A stretch of 64,000 bases of DNA, from positions 23,041 through 87,040 of IMG/VR virus record IMGVR_UViG_3300028377_000007; one strand, given 5' to 3'. Under the pieces are notes generated by a model that was not told the DNA's origin, did no database searches, and worked only from the letters and a program-made list of their open reading frames with translations. The stretch is from a virus. The position numbers and the translations under genes are program-made. Positions 21,018 through 32,229 of the stretch are shown one piece after another. The number at the start of each line of letters is the position of its first letter. The first letter of the stretch is position 1.

Positions 21018-22139
21018 TCACTCATAATTTCTAATTATTAAATTTGTATAAGGAATCAAAGGCACCCCATATTCTGAATACTCTTGAAAATCAACTGTAA
21101 TCACTTCGCCAATATATTTTTCTTTGTTTTCTAAAACCTCTCTTAAAAATTCCATTGTTCCACGAACATTAGACTCGAAAGTTTCTCCGTTGTCAAGCTC
21201 ACAAACAATCTTTTTTGCACAACCGCCCCAGTTTCCTTTTCCCCCTAGAATATCAACAATTTTAAACTCAGCGTCAATAAAGTTCTTTACTTTTAAAAGA
21301 TCATGGGTTCTTTTGTGTTGATAAGGCATATCCTTGATTCTAAGAATTGCACCTTCATGGCCTTCGTTGATAATTTTTTCGGCAAATTCTTTTACTTCTA
21401 TTTCATCGTTTGCGTATTCCCAAATAACTTCTTTGCAGTATTTTGATTCTTTGGCTATTTCTGTTATTTGCTGAAATCTTTTTTCATAAGGAACGCCTTC
21501 TTTCCCTTTAAAGTATCCGTCATAAACATAAAAACGAACTATTTCCTCTGATTCTTTTATTAAATCATCTGTTAGATCTTTTTCTTTTCTTGTTACGGCT
21601 ACTAATTTAATCAATCTATTTAAATTGTTGCGCAAGTCTTCGTTAAAAAGTTCCCCATCCAAAACTAAATCTGGATACTTTTCAAAAATAGGTTTTAAGG
21701 ATTCTTTTATGTGTTTTATATTAAAAAATTCCTCCCCCTTTCTTGAGTTTGCGGAATCTTTACTTATTACGCATCTTACCCCGTTATATTTTATGTTCAT
21801 TATAACGGGCCAAATGATTTCTTTTTTTCGATTTTTAAATGGTTTTGCTAAAACAGGTTGAATCCAAGACTCTTTATCTATGTCTTCAATGTTTTCGTAA
21901 TGCTTTTGTTTCTTTTTCTTTTTGAATTTTGCCTCTGCTTCTATAAATGCTTGTTCTTCTGGAGTTGTTTCGTTCTTTTTACCGATATTTTTTACCTCGC
22001 AGAAAGTCGGTTTATCAATAACAATAGATCCACCTTGAATTCCATGTTCTGACCAGAATTTATTATCTTCGACTACAATAGTCCATTCTTGGATTGAGCC
22101 GCTTGTATTGCGCTTGTAAAGTGTTGGAAATTTTTTCAT
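21018..22139 (-). CDS. ATP-dependent DNA ligase
   Basis: KYNGVRC, SRKG, DGELF, EGAILR, LLKVK. Confidence 0.9.
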   Translation of the reverse strand: MKKFPTLYKRNTSGSIQEWTIVVEDNKFWSEHGIQGGSIVIDKPTFCEVKNIGKKNETTPEEQAFIEAEAKFKKKKKQKHYENIEDIDKESWIQPVLAKPFKNRKKEIIWPVIMNIKYNGVRCVISKDSANSRKGEEFFNIKHIKESLKPIFEKYPDLVLDGELFNEDLRNNLNRLIKLVAVTRKEKDLTDDLIKESEEIVRFYVYDGYFKGKEGVPYEKRFQQITEIAKESKYCKEVIWEYANDEIEVKEFAEKIINEGHEGAILRIKDMPYQHKRTHDLLKVKNFIDAEFKIVDILGGKGNWGGCAKKIVCELDNGETFESNVRGTMEFLREVLENKEKYIGEVITVDFQEYSEYGVPLIPYTNLIIRNYE

Positions 22140-22214
22140 TATTTTAGTTCCTTGATTATCTTTTCTAATCTATCGAAAGATTTTCCTGTTATATTTGTAA
22201 GGCTGTAATTATTA

Positions 22215-23384
22215 TTAATAGTTTTCTATGGCGTGAATTAAATATTTAAGGTATAAAGGATCTTCACAACTAGCCTTCCCAGAGTCAGCCGATAACTTTG
22301 CCACTGGTTGATCATTGTTCTTCGTAACCTTCATTACAATAGACGGAACTTTAATTCCAACATCATTAGTTAAATCTGTTCCTATTCCAAAAATTGGCTC
22401 TATTTTCCCGCGACAATATTTTTCTATTTCAATTGCTTTTGGAATATTTAAGCCATCTGAGAATACAATTTTTTTAAACATAGGATCAATATTAAAATCT
22501 CTATACATTTTAACAATCATATCTGTATATTCAAAAGGACAACCACTGTCATGCCTTACTCCATCATACCCTTTTGCTAAGTCAAAGGAAAAATCCTTCA
22601 AAAACTTTTCATCCCCAAAGGTATCTGTCAAACAAATAGCTAATTTTCCCTTATATTGATTTAACCATTGTTCAAAGATTTCTTTTTGGGAATTTTGAAT
22701 TGGATATAAACTCTGAACGCCCATAAAAATTTCATGTCCCATTGTACCAATCGGAGTAGAGTCATATTTTCGCGCCAGATTAACATTTGAAGTCCCAGAA
22801 ATAAGATTGTTTGAATTAAGCATAGAAAAGATATATTCTTGCCATTCCGCGCTGAATCTTCTTCTTGTTCCAAATTCTATTAAATTAATTTGGCTTTCTT
22901 TAAGGTACTTGATTTTTTCAATTATTTTTTCTGTACCATAATGTATTTCGAATGGAGTCCCATATTTAAAACTTTTCTCGCCATAAATTTCATTCACTAT
23001 GCTCAAAACGATTGTCTCAAATAATATAACAGACAACCAACTACCTTTTGCTCGTAATTTCCAAGGCTCTGATTCATCATCGTTCTTTTCGAAAACCAAT
23101 TGCGATGGATTAAATCTAAAATCTTGCAACCACCTTATAAAGCTATCGCTAAAATAACCCAAAGATTGCAAATATTTTTTTTCTTCATTAGTAAGTTTTA
23201 GGATTTTTAGTTTATTAAATTCTTCCAAAAGATCTGATGGCCTGATAATATTATAAAAATCAGTGGCTTCCGCATTACGGCATTTAAACGTGTATTCAAT
23301 TTCTACATTACTGAACCTATCATAAACCATTTGCGCAACGGTTAATTTATAAAGATCTAAATCTAGTATGCTTTTTATAATCAT
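22215..23384 (-). CDS. pncB: nicotinate phosphoribosyltransferase
   Basis: LDLDLYKLT, EFGTRRR, GTMGHE, LTDT, RHDSG, FSDGL, FGIGT. Confidence 0.93.
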   Translation of the reverse strand: MIIKSILDLDLYKLTVAQMVYDRFSNVEIEYTFKCRNAEATDFYNIIRPSDLLEEFNKLKILKLTNEEKKYLQSLGYFSDSFIRWLQDFRFNPSQLVFEKNDDESEPWKLRAKGSWLSVILFETIVLSIVNEIYGEKSFKYGTPFEIHYGTEKIIEKIKYLKESQINLIEFGTRRRFSAEWQEYIFSMLNSNNLISGTSNVNLARKYDSTPIGTMGHEIFMGVQSLYPIQNSQKEIFEQWLNQYKGKLAICLTDTFGDEKFLKDFSFDLAKGYDGVRHDSGCPFEYTDMIVKMYRDFNIDPMFKKIVFSDGLNIPKAIEIEKYCRGKIEPIFGIGTDLTNDVGIKVPSIVMKVTKNNDQPVAKLSADSGKASCEDPLYLKYLIHAIENY

Positions 23385-23385
23385 A

Positions 23386-23937
23386 TTAGTGGTGGGTCAT
23401 TGTTTTTTTGTTTTTTGCTAAGTTAATTATAGTATCTAAATTCACTGGAGTATAATCCCAAAGATTTACTCCCATGTCAAACACTTTATGTTGATAATAG
23501 TCTTTTTGCTTGCCGATGAGGTTTCCATGAACATGACCGTGAAGATGAATTGCGTCCCTATGGCATTTGTTCCACTCCAAAATCGGGAAATGAAACATAC
23601 AAAACATCTGTCCTTTATATTTCAACTCATAATAGTCTTTTACCCAAACAAGTCTATCTCTAAAATCTTTATTATTTAAAGCTTTAAAATCGTGGTTGCC
23701 TTTAATAAAATGAATATTACCATTAAGTCTTTCAATTATTTTAATAGCTTTTTGTGCAGAAAAACAAAAATCCCCAAGATAATAAACATCTTCATTTGGT
23801 TCGACTACTTTATTCCAATTGGCGATATTAATTTCATCATGTTCTTGAATATCTTTGAACGGCCTATTATCATATTTCATGATATTGACATGAGAAAAGT
23901 GTATGTCGGAGATTGCGAATTTATTGTTTTCTTGCAT
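23386..23937 (-). CDS. metallophosphoesterase
   Basis: SDIHFSH, LGDF, GNHD, HGHVH. Confidence 0.88.
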   Translation of the reverse strand: MQENNKFAISDIHFSHVNIMKYDNRPFKDIQEHDEINIANWNKVVEPNEDVYYLGDFCFSAQKAIKIIERLNGNIHFIKGNHDFKALNNKDFRDRLVWVKDYYELKYKGQMFCMFHFPILEWNKCHRDAIHLHGHVHGNLIGKQKDYYQHKVFDMGVNLWDYTPVNLDTIINLAKNKKTMTHH

Positions 23938-24163
23938 TTTATAGAGTTGTTTTAAATACTAAATTTCATTGTAAATCTTTCTGGCCTCTTTTATTTCACG
24001 AAGTCGTTTATATTTCTCTCGGATTGGTCTCCGTATTAATGAATAAGGGGTCCCGCTTCAACTGGAAAATGGAGTGTTTCCGTATTCCAAGTTTTTGCGC
24101 CATTTAATACTCTTCTAATGTAGGGGATTATTTTGGATTTTTCTTCTTTTGTTAAAATCTTTT

Positions 24164-24694
24164 TCATACTAGTTTCTCCTGATTAGAAAGTCTACAAATT
24201 ACAACATCAATACCATAATCCGCCGCTAATACTTCGATCATTTTCAAAATAATAGGAAATCTAGCCCCAGCCAAATTACTTGCAATTCCGTAGGGCACTA
24301 AAATCTTATATTCTTTATCTTTGATACACGAAAACAAGCCTTTCACGCAATCGTGAAAAGCATCATAACTTGTGTCTCTATCCCCTAAACTATCTCTTGT
24401 AAATTTATATTGACTATAAAAATTGACTATAATCTTGTTTTCTGCAACTTTGGCGAAAGAATAAGTTCCCAATTTGTTGCTATCGCCTTTTCTTGTTGAA
24501 CAATCTGCTTGGTATGCTTCTGGGTATTTTTCGCGAATTAAGCGAGCAACACCACTCCCCATTGTATGAAAACAATTTGCTTGATGAATTATTACAGCTT
24601 TTTCTGACTCCTCAAAAACCTCAAAAATATCTGCTTCTATAATTTTGCAAGTTCCTGATTCATAAAGTGTATGGTATTTACTTAATTCTTTCAT
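24164..24694 (-). CDS. macrodomain protein (ADP-ribose processing)
   Basis: HQANCFHTMGSGVA, PYGIASNLAG. Confidence 0.85.
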   Translation of the reverse strand: MKELSKYHTLYESGTCKIIEADIFEVFEESEKAVIIHQANCFHTMGSGVARLIREKYPEAYQADCSTRKGDSNKLGTYSFAKVAENKIIVNFYSQYKFTRDSLGDRDTSYDAFHDCVKGLFSCIKDKEYKILVPYGIASNLAGARFPIILKMIEVLAADYGIDVVICRLSNQEKLV

Positions 24695-24695
24695 T

Positions 24696-24998
24696 TCATT
24701 TATTAGTGAGTATTTCTTTGCCTCTTTTTGTTATTGCTATCCATCTTCCCCATCCAGTAATAAATCCATCGCTTTCTAATTTTGGCAATAGTATTTTATA
24801 AAAAAAATTTTCATTCAACCAATAATCATTCTTTTTAATGGTATTAAATGTTTTCTTTTTTGTGGTAAATGGAAATCTTTTTTTTGATAATTCTTCAAGA
24901 ATAAGGACGTTCAATGTTCTCATTGTATATTCTAGGTAATAACCAGAATGGCTACTATAGAAATTATCTTTTTCTGGTTTTTTTCTTTTGCTTTTCAT
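24696..24998 (-). CDS. hypothetical protein
   Basis: ORF track. Confidence 0.55.
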   Translation of the reverse strand: MKSKRKKPEKDNFYSSHSGYYLEYTMRTLNVLILEELSKKRFPFTTKKKTFNTIKKNDYWLNENFFYKILLPKLESDGFITGWGRWIAITKRGKEILTNK

Positions 24999-25220
24999 TG
25001 ATTCTCAGGATATTTCCACTTATGGGTTACTTTATATTTTTCGTATGGAGTAATTAACTCATATTTATCATTCTCTGTCAAGCGTAAAATCCAAACTTTT
25101 CCATTCGATGGGTTCTTTATTTCCTCAAACTGCTCAACGGTCAAATGCAAAAACTTCATAAACTTTTATCAACATTTCCCTCTGATTGTCCGTGTCTGAT
25201 TATGTATATGTATTTTGGCT

Positions 25221-26912
25221 TCATTTGCTATTCAATTTATATAATTTATTCGCACAAGCTACTAACGTTTGATTTTTGTCGGAAAAAAGTAGATCCTCCG
25301 AATTCAATGGCGAGTCTAACACTTTTATGCGCGAATTGTCAACAAAAATCTCTATATTTTGGCCGTTTTTCGCAACAGAAACCCCTTTTTCTAAAACTGT
25401 AAAATCAAAATCGTCCAAATCAACTTTCTCACTTCTATATGTATATGTTCCATCTTTATTGAAACAAAAAACACATCTAAAATAATAACCACTTTTTTCT
25501 ATAGTAAAGACAGCAACATTATTTAAGTATTTTACTTCAAGAATTTTTAATCCATTCAACTCTTTTAAATAGGTCTTTTTCGCTGTATTGTTTTTCGGCG
25601 TAATAATATTAACCTTATTAAAAATCTTATTTCCATCGTCAAAAGGCCAATATTCGACAACACAGCCATCAAATAATTCATAGTTCCAAAAAAGATTTGC
25701 CACTGGTTTATTTGAAGCCAGCAACTTTTTCATTTTGCTTATTTTAACTTCATAAAGGCTGTCTGCTTTTTCAATATAAATATTATTTTCATAAACAAAG
25801 AAATTTTTCGCCGCTATACTGCATTTATCTTGTTTTGTGATATTAAAAACTTCTATTGTTGACTTAGCTTTATCTAATTCTACAATATATGGTTCATTAT
25901 TTAAAAATAAGAAGTCCCTTTTTATATTAGAATTTGCGTTTAATGATAGATTGAACTTGTTGCCATTTTTATAAAAACTATTTTTCGTTAATACATATTG
26001 AATCCCGAAATCATATTTTACAGATGCGATTATAGAATCAAAATCTTTTATTAATTCTAAAGAAAAACTTCCATTACTAGAAATTATTTTTGGCGTTACT
26101 TTTCCAATTTTGATTTCTTCGTCGTCTGACTTTGGCGGCTTTATTCTTTCCCCATGCTCGAAAACCTTTTGAAACCATTTTAAATGACTTTTCGGAATGA
26201 CATCCCAATCTTGTGAGGCTGGCGGCAATTTGCTTTTATTATTAAAAACAGAAATTCCATCCTCCAATCTTTTCAACCAATCTTTTATTCCGTAGTCTGG
26301 GTGTCTGCCTTTGTATGGATGCGAACCCATATACAATTCAAACATAACTATTCCCCAAGAAAACCAATCGCTTTCTTCTGTAAATTTTTTATTTTTAACA
26401 AGCGGGTCGCGGATACTATCCATGATTGCAGTTGCTGGGTAGTTCTTTGTTTGATAGCTATCTACGTCTATATGATAAGGTGTTTTATAATCTCTGCTTA
26501 CAAGAAAATTAAATGGATTGTAATCTACCACCAAAGTTTCATTTTTATGTACAAACTCTAATACTTCTCTAAAGCCATCTACCAATGCTTTAATATTTTC
26601 TGGCGATACGTTGTTTTTATTTCTGTATCCTTTGTTAAAAAGTTTTACTAAATATTCGTTGTTTTTTATATAGGGCATCGAAAAACCTATATTTTCGCCC
26701 TTTGTATTTTGGATGGGAAATTTCGGGCATAGAATTTCTTTTCTATTTAACTTGGCAAGTTCGCCGATTTTTCCAGAAGAGATACATTTATTTTTTTCAT
26801 GGTAAATCTTATAAGCAAATCCATCTTTCGTATAAATAGAAGCTTCTCCGCCTTGAGAAAGATAATTATTTTTTGATAAAAATATCTCTCTATTGTTTTC
26901 TATTATTTTCAC
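25221..26912 (-). CDS. Ser/Thr protein kinase-like protein (YegI/TerY-associated type)
   Basis: QGGEA, AYKIY, VDYNPFNFLV, IDVDSYQ, DWFS, HPYKG. Confidence 0.8.
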   Translation of the reverse strand: MKIIENNREIFLSKNNYLSQGGEASIYTKDGFAYKIYHEKNKCISSGKIGELAKLNRKEILCPKFPIQNTKGENIGFSMPYIKNNEYLVKLFNKGYRNKNNVSPENIKALVDGFREVLEFVHKNETLVVDYNPFNFLVSRDYKTPYHIDVDSYQTKNYPATAIMDSIRDPLVKNKKFTEESDWFSWGIVMFELYMGSHPYKGRHPDYGIKDWLKRLEDGISVFNNKSKLPPASQDWDVIPKSHLKWFQKVFEHGERIKPPKSDDEEIKIGKVTPKIISSNGSFSLELIKDFDSIIASVKYDFGIQYVLTKNSFYKNGNKFNLSLNANSNIKRDFLFLNNEPYIVELDKAKSTIEVFNITKQDKCSIAAKNFFVYENNIYIEKADSLYEVKISKMKKLLASNKPVANLFWNYELFDGCVVEYWPFDDGNKIFNKVNIITPKNNTAKKTYLKELNGLKILEVKYLNNVAVFTIEKSGYYFRCVFCFNKDGTYTYRSEKVDLDDFDFTVLEKGVSVAKNGQNIEIFVDNSRIKVLDSPLNSEDLLFSDKNQTLVACANKLYKLNSK

Positions 26913-27080
26913 TTTTAATATCCAAATTTAGTATATAAATTTTTTTTATCGCCGACTTCTTTTTCCCCATCAATGAATTTTTTTATATCTGCCATGACAC
27001 TTTCGTTTTCCAAAATTTCTTTAGCTGTTAAACCAGAGATTTTTAATGTTAGTTTTTTCTGTGGCTGTAATGGTTTTAAT

Positions 27081-27437
27081 TTAGAGTTCATCGTATAAAT
27101 CTCTTAGTTTTAACTTTTCTTTCAGGTCTTCTAAACTTGAAAATTCAATCTCGAATTCTTGATTGCTATCTTCTTTTATTGTGCTCATATTTTTTATTAA
27201 TATTTTTTCTTGCGATTCTATTGTGGATTCTATAAGTTTTTTGGGATAATAAAATCCAGACATAAGTCGGTAGCTGTAAAAACCACTATTTCCATAATTT
27301 TGAGACGGTTTATTCTTCGGGACTTGGCTGGCTATTATTTTGGCGAAATCTTCATTCTTATCATATTTTTTAGCAAAAAGATTAATAAATCCATCACTAA
27401 TTGCTTTTTCTGCTTCAACATACAAATCTTTTATCAT
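27081..27437 (-). CDS. hypothetical protein (start probably MIKDLY)
   Basis: ORF track; coupled to the vWA stop codon. Confidence 0.55.
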   Translation of the reverse strand: MIKDLYVEAEKAISDGFINLFAKKYDKNEDFAKIIASQVPKNKPSQNYGNSGFYSYRLMSGFYYPKKLIESTIESQEKILIKNMSTIKEDSNQEFEIEFSSLEDLKEKLKLRDLYDEL

Positions 27438-28576
27438 ATATAAATATTCCTTCCAAATGGGGCTGGACCGACATTCTCTGTCAACAAAGTAATTTGTTTT
27501 GCGCGGGTTCTTTTCACATTCCAATCTGTATAACCATCTGTAATTGTTAATATAACATTCGGCTTTAATTTGTCAACATCCTCAATCGCTTTTCTCATCG
27601 AAGTTCCGCCGCCACCTAAAGCACAAATACTTTCGATGCTTTTAACTTGCTGTATGTTGTGTATTTCACAATCGGCGGAAATTATTTTTACATCATCGAA
27701 TCTTTTTAATATAGCATTGACCTCCGACAAAACTTTGTTTCCTTCTGAATTCATTGACCCAGAAGTGTCTAGAATTACTGCGATAGATGGTTGCCTAGAA
27801 TATGGAGAAGGAAAAATTAAATCGCCGCAATTTCTTCTATGATTAATTTTTGAATAAGTGACATCATCATAGCCTCTTTTGATTATGCTTGCTATTCTAC
27901 TTTTTAATTCTTTTCTATAATCGACTTTTGGCGGGGCCAATTGAAAATCTGCCCATATTTTCATTCCAATTGGAACATTCCCCTTTTCTTTAGAATGAGA
28001 CTTTATGGCTTTTGCGGTTTCTTTTATAATACAATCAGCCATATACCCATCTATCCCTTCATATTCCTCTGGTGTTCCTCCGTCTTTTGCCTCATTATAT
28101 TCCCATTCCCTTTTTATACCATCCGAACAAGATCCTCCAAAAGTTGATTCCCCGCTTTCTTTCTCGCTCTTTCCTTTCTTTTTTTCTTCTCTATAATACT
28201 CTTCAGCGGTTAATCCATCCTCCATCGAAATTTGGTGGGGAAGACAAAAATCGAAAGGAAAAGGGAGGTCTTTTATGTCATCGTTTATTTCTCTATCTGT
28301 GGCATGATTCCAAGCCATAGCTTCTCTATTTGAAATTCTTTCGTGGTGTTTTCTTAGTAAGTGGGATAGCTCATGAATTAAAACTGTGGCAGTTACTTTT
28401 TCCCCCCATTTTTCAATTGTTTCTTCGGAATAATAACATCTCCAGAATTTATCTACACCCATTGTTTCCAAGCCGTCAACTTTGATCATTTTCATAGAAA
28501 ACAATCCAGTAGAGTAATAGGGGAACTTATGGGCCGCATAATATCGGGCCATTCTTATTTTTTCACTTTTATCCAT
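27434..28576 (-). CDS. HExxH metallopeptidase-like + vWA domain protein
   Basis: HELSH, DTSGSM, GGGTS, TDGY. Confidence 0.85.
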   Translation of the reverse strand: MDKSEKIRMARYYAAHKFPYYSTGLFSMKMIKVDGLETMGVDKFWRCYYSEETIEKWGEKVTATVLIHELSHLLRKHHERISNREAMAWNHATDREINDDIKDLPFPFDFCLPHQISMEDGLTAEEYYREEKKKGKSEKESGESTFGGSCSDGIKREWEYNEAKDGGTPEEYEGIDGYMADCIIKETAKAIKSHSKEKGNVPIGMKIWADFQLAPPKVDYRKELKSRIASIIKRGYDDVTYSKINHRRNCGDLIFPSPYSRQPSIAVILDTSGSMNSEGNKVLSEVNAILKRFDDVKIISADCEIHNIQQVKSIESICALGGGGTSMRKAIEDVDKLKPNVILTITDGYTDWNVKRTRAKQITLLTENVGPAPFGRNIYI

Positions 28577-28577
28577 T

Positions 28578-29648
28578 TTAAGAACCCTCTAGGGACTTTC
28601 TTACTTCAACGAATTTTCTTATAAGACTTTTTTCAAAAATCTTGGGAATACCATAGTTTTTATTGATATTTTTTAGATTTTTAGAAGACATAACGGCGAT
28701 ATCAGACTTCTTATTTTGGCAAAGATGTTCTAATACTTCCCATCCTTTGTTCCATCTTTCCTCACTATTATTATCTCTAATTCTATTAATCACGCTATTA
28801 ATAGTTAACATAGAAATATCATCTCTTTTTGAAATTTTCCAGCTTCTTGGCTTTCTTAGAATTTCTTCTGGATCTGGCAAATCCAATGTTTTTTTCCAAT
28901 TTACAAATTCAATTGCTGCTGATTCTCCAACGCAACCAGCAATAAAAGGGAAGGGATCTTCATTTAAAGATTCTGAAGCCGCAATAACAGTCGCCACGTT
29001 TGTCCAAGAGCGATACGAAGGCCAAGCCTCCCCTTGATTATCTCTGTCTTCTGGCATTTTGTTTGCTAGATCAGAATTTAAATTCAAGAAAGACGCCACA
29101 TAATTTCTTGCGTCTTGAATCCCGTCTTTCCAATTTTTCGGCAAATCAAAATAATCCTCTGATTCAAAATTAGAAAGTAGTTTATTTGTCCACGTATTTA
29201 GATCCATTTTCCAATCCAAGTGACAAAACCTATTCGCCATAGGCGGTTCCAAATCGCTTCCATCTGCCGCTTCTTCTGGTGGATTTGACGCCGCTATAAT
29301 AATAGTAGAATCTGGAAGAGAAAAAGAGTGAATTTTGCGACTTTGAATTAATGTCAAAGCTGGAGCTTGAACGCTTGGCCTTGCAGTCGTCAATTCATCA
29401 AAAAACAAAATACTTTTCTCTGCTTTCTCTAGCCTTTCCAACCAATCTGGCGGAGCAAAAACTGTTCTTCCGTTTTTAATAAAAGGAATGCCACCGACAT
29501 CTGATGGGTCTCTTTGGCTTAGAACCAATGTTTCACAATGATAGCCGAGTTTTCTAGCTATGCTTTCTATCGCCGATGATTTTCCTTGACCGGGACTTGA
29601 CCAATAAATTGTAGGTATACCCGCAAATGCTGGAATTAGTTGTTTCAT
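28578..29648 (-). CDS. MoxR-like AAA+ ATPase; start probably MKQLIP
   Basis: PGQGKS, LFFDE, ASNP, ANRF. Confidence 0.88.
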   Translation of the reverse strand: MKQLIPAFAGIPTIYWSSPGQGKSSAIESIARKLGYHCETLVLSQRDPSDVGGIPFIKNGRTVFAPPDWLERLEKAEKSILFFDELTTARPSVQAPALTLIQSRKIHSFSLPDSTIIIAASNPPEEAADGSDLEPPMANRFCHLDWKMDLNTWTNKLLSNFESEDYFDLPKNWKDGIQDARNYVASFLNLNSDLANKMPEDRDNQGEAWPSYRSWTNVATVIAASESLNEDPFPFIAGCVGESAAIEFVNWKKTLDLPDPEEILRKPRSWKISKRDDISMLTINSVINRIRDNNSEERWNKGWEVLEHLCQNKKSDIAVMSSKNLKNINKNYGIPKIFEKSLIRKFVEVRKSLEGS

Positions 29649-29664
29649 ATTCTTATGTTTTAGT

Positions 29665-30471
29665 TTATTGTTTGTTATTGAATACCACAAGACTCAAATC
29701 ATCGAAATGGCTCAGGTTTTCTTTTTTTTGAGTTTTTTCGAATTTTTCTAATCTTCTTTCAACGAATTTGCCAGAAAAGTTCTTAAAGTCAAGCATTTTT
29801 TGTATGGAAATTATAGATTTTTCATCTGAAAAGGATTCTATCCCGTCACTCGTTAGAGCTATCCATTCGTAATCAAGGCAACCTGAATAAAAATGCGTTT
29901 GGTTTTTGTCCGAGAAATTTAAATCTTGTTCTGGAACGCTTTCGCATTTAAGGTTACTAAAAAAACTTTCTTGCTTTCTTTTATATTCCCCACTTAAAAA
30001 TTCACCCCTATTATTTTTAAAAAAAGAATAAAACGGATAAAAAGGAGCAGAATTTTCAAACTCGATTGTTGTTCTTTCTATATGACCACTTTTGTATTTA
30101 ACAACAATATTTCCGTCTCCAAATATGCCATATTGTGTGATATTTTTTTTCTTGTGGTGCAAGACACATAAAAGAGTAGAAGAAAGGTTTTCTTCTAATT
30201 CTGAAACAATAAATTGACTATTCTCTAATCTAGTAAAAATGTTTATCAAAAACATATCCCAGAAGTTTTTCGTTTCAAAGATTTTTTCTAAACTATCTAA
30301 ATTATTTTTTGCGGCATGAGCAACCAATCTTGCGCCGAAATCTGTATTTTTAGCTCCACTACAACCGTCACAAAGAAAACCATAAACAAAATGTTCTGTT
30401 TCTCCATGAAGCGCATAATCTTGACAAATTTTATGTTTATCACCGATAATATAATGCGAATCTATATTCAT
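29665..30471 (-). CDS. PP2C-like protein phosphatase
   Basis: CQDY, CDGCS, GDG, SDG, DDLS. Confidence 0.82.
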   Translation of the reverse strand: MNIDSHYIIGDKHKICQDYALHGETEHFVYGFLCDGCSGAKNTDFGARLVAHAAKNNLDSLEKIFETKNFWDMFLINIFTRLENSQFIVSELEENLSSTLLCVLHHKKKNITQYGIFGDGNIVVKYKSGHIERTTIEFENSAPFYPFYSFFKNNRGEFLSGEYKRKQESFFSNLKCESVPEQDLNFSDKNQTHFYSGCLDYEWIALTSDGIESFSDEKSIISIQKMLDFKNFSGKFVERRLEKFEKTQKKENLSHFDDLSLVVFNNKQ

Positions 30472-30551
30472 TTTTACTCAGATAAAATATCTTTTTTGTT
30501 CTGCAAACTTTTCTCTTTTTATTTTTGCAATTACTTTGTCGCCTATTTTCA

Positions 30552-31475
30552 TTATATTATCCCATTCCACAAAAGCCTTTCAATAATCGGATTATGCAAT
30601 TTCTCTATTTCTGGCAATTTTTTTGTTTTAAACCACTTTAATTTTTGTATGTCGTCTTGGGCTTTAAACTTAGTGCCTTCTTTTATGGAAACTTGAAAAA
30701 CGGAAGTTCTAATCTTGTTTTTTGTTTTATTGTATCTTGGATCATCAATGTTTATATTTCCTAGATAACGAAGGTCTTCTTCTTTTACTGTAATATTTGT
30801 TTCCTCGAATAATTCCCTTATCGCGTCTTCTTCATAATCTTCGCTATTTGGATCGGCAAAACCGCCAACGATGCGCCAAGAAGTTTGATTTGTTTTTTGT
30901 GCCAAAAGAACCTTTGTTTGCTCCAAATTAGTTATTACAATATCAACCGTTGGAATAACCGTTGGAAATTGATTATTTAAACAATAAACTATTCCTTTTT
31001 GGAAATCCTCATTAAGAATCTCTTTGTTTATTGATTCTCTGACCTCTGTTGCGGAAATGTTTTCCTCTGCTTGAATGTCTTTTTTCTCGAAAGAACCGTT
31101 ATAAGGAAAGGAATCTCTGCTTCCATAAAGGGTAATTTTGTCGTAGCCTTTTATTTTCTTGATTTGGGAATCTAAATTTTTAGACCAAATATCTAAATTG
31201 TATACATCTTTAATTTCTAGAAAATGTAGTTTTGGACTTTTCTTTAATAACAGTATGCTTTTTATGTATAGCAAACACCTTTTTATGATGCATTTTCTGT
31301 AATTAAATGATAAAGGATTTCTATTGGTTTTGCCATCTAATTTCGATGAGCCAATAAAAACTGCTATGCCATCGACCTTATTTTTTAAAATAACTTCTCT
31401 AAATAAATTTTCGTGCCCTTCTGTTAAAAATGGGGACTGAAATCTACCGACTATTACTGCTAGTTTTTTTGACAT
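30552..31475 (-). CDS. nadM: bifunctional NMN/NaMN adenylyltransferase - Nudix hydrolase
   Basis: GRFQ...GH, NPL, SATEVR, Nudix box GG...AIRELFEET. Confidence 0.88.
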   Translation of the reverse strand: MSKKLAVIVGRFQSPFLTEGHENLFREVILKNKVDGIAVFIGSSKLDGKTNRNPLSFNYRKCIIKRCLLYIKSILLLKKSPKLHFLEIKDVYNLDIWSKNLDSQIKKIKGYDKITLYGSRDSFPYNGSFEKKDIQAEENISATEVRESINKEILNEDFQKGIVYCLNNQFPTVIPTVDIVITNLEQTKVLLAQKTNQTSWRIVGGFADPNSEDYEEDAIRELFEETNITVKEEDLRYLGNINIDDPRYNKTKNKIRTSVFQVSIKEGTKFKAQDDIQKLKWFKTKKLPEIEKLHNPIIERLLWNGII

Positions 31476-31800
31476 TTTTTTATGTATTTATTATATTTAC
31501 GGATTCCACTCGGGAATTTTTTCATATTCTTCTTTAGACATAGAAACTTCTTGTATTTCGACAATTGATTCTTTCCCTATTAAATCGAAAAGCTCTTTAA
31601 TTGTCGAGTTTTTTGGGAGTATCAAATCTTGAATTCCTCCGTCGAATATGATTTTGTAATACATAATATTAGTCGAAATGTATCTTGATTTTTTTTACTT
31701 CTGAGATCGGGAAAATAATAATATCTTTTTCATCCCAAAAAGAAACAACTTCATTATTATCGCCAAAAGGAGTAGTTTGTCTTATCATTTTTCTATTATT

Positions 31801-31943
31801 TAAATACTAAGATTTGTGCTAGGACCACCAGTTCCAAGGCTTTGGCTCGAACTAGAAATAGACCTAGAAACGAAATCTGCTAATTTAGCCAAGCTTTTTG
31901 CGGTAACTCCGTTGATGAAAATGAATTGAGTTCTTGCATTTTT
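31801..31943 (-). pseudogene. C-terminal stub of a vWA (TerY-like) protein
   Basis: translates as AKSLAKLADFVSRSISSSSQSLGTGGPSTNLSI* with stops upstream. Confidence 0.55.
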
Positions 31944-32229
31944 TTATCAGATTCTGAATCTATTTTTATAATACCGCTATTTGGTATATCTATAAACTTA
32001 ATTAAATTATTAAATTGTTTAAAAGCGTTCGGATTTTTTTCTGTGTCATAACACTTTTTAAAACAAAACATCGTTGTCGGGACATTATTCTCTGATAGAG
32101 TCTTCATACATTCTTGAATAATGTCTTCCTTTTCTTTTTCTTCTGGAAATTTTTCAAGAAACTCTCTGTTCTTTTTATCCGCTTCTGCCTGTTCTGCCTC
32201 GAATTGCTCTATATTTATATTTTTTCATT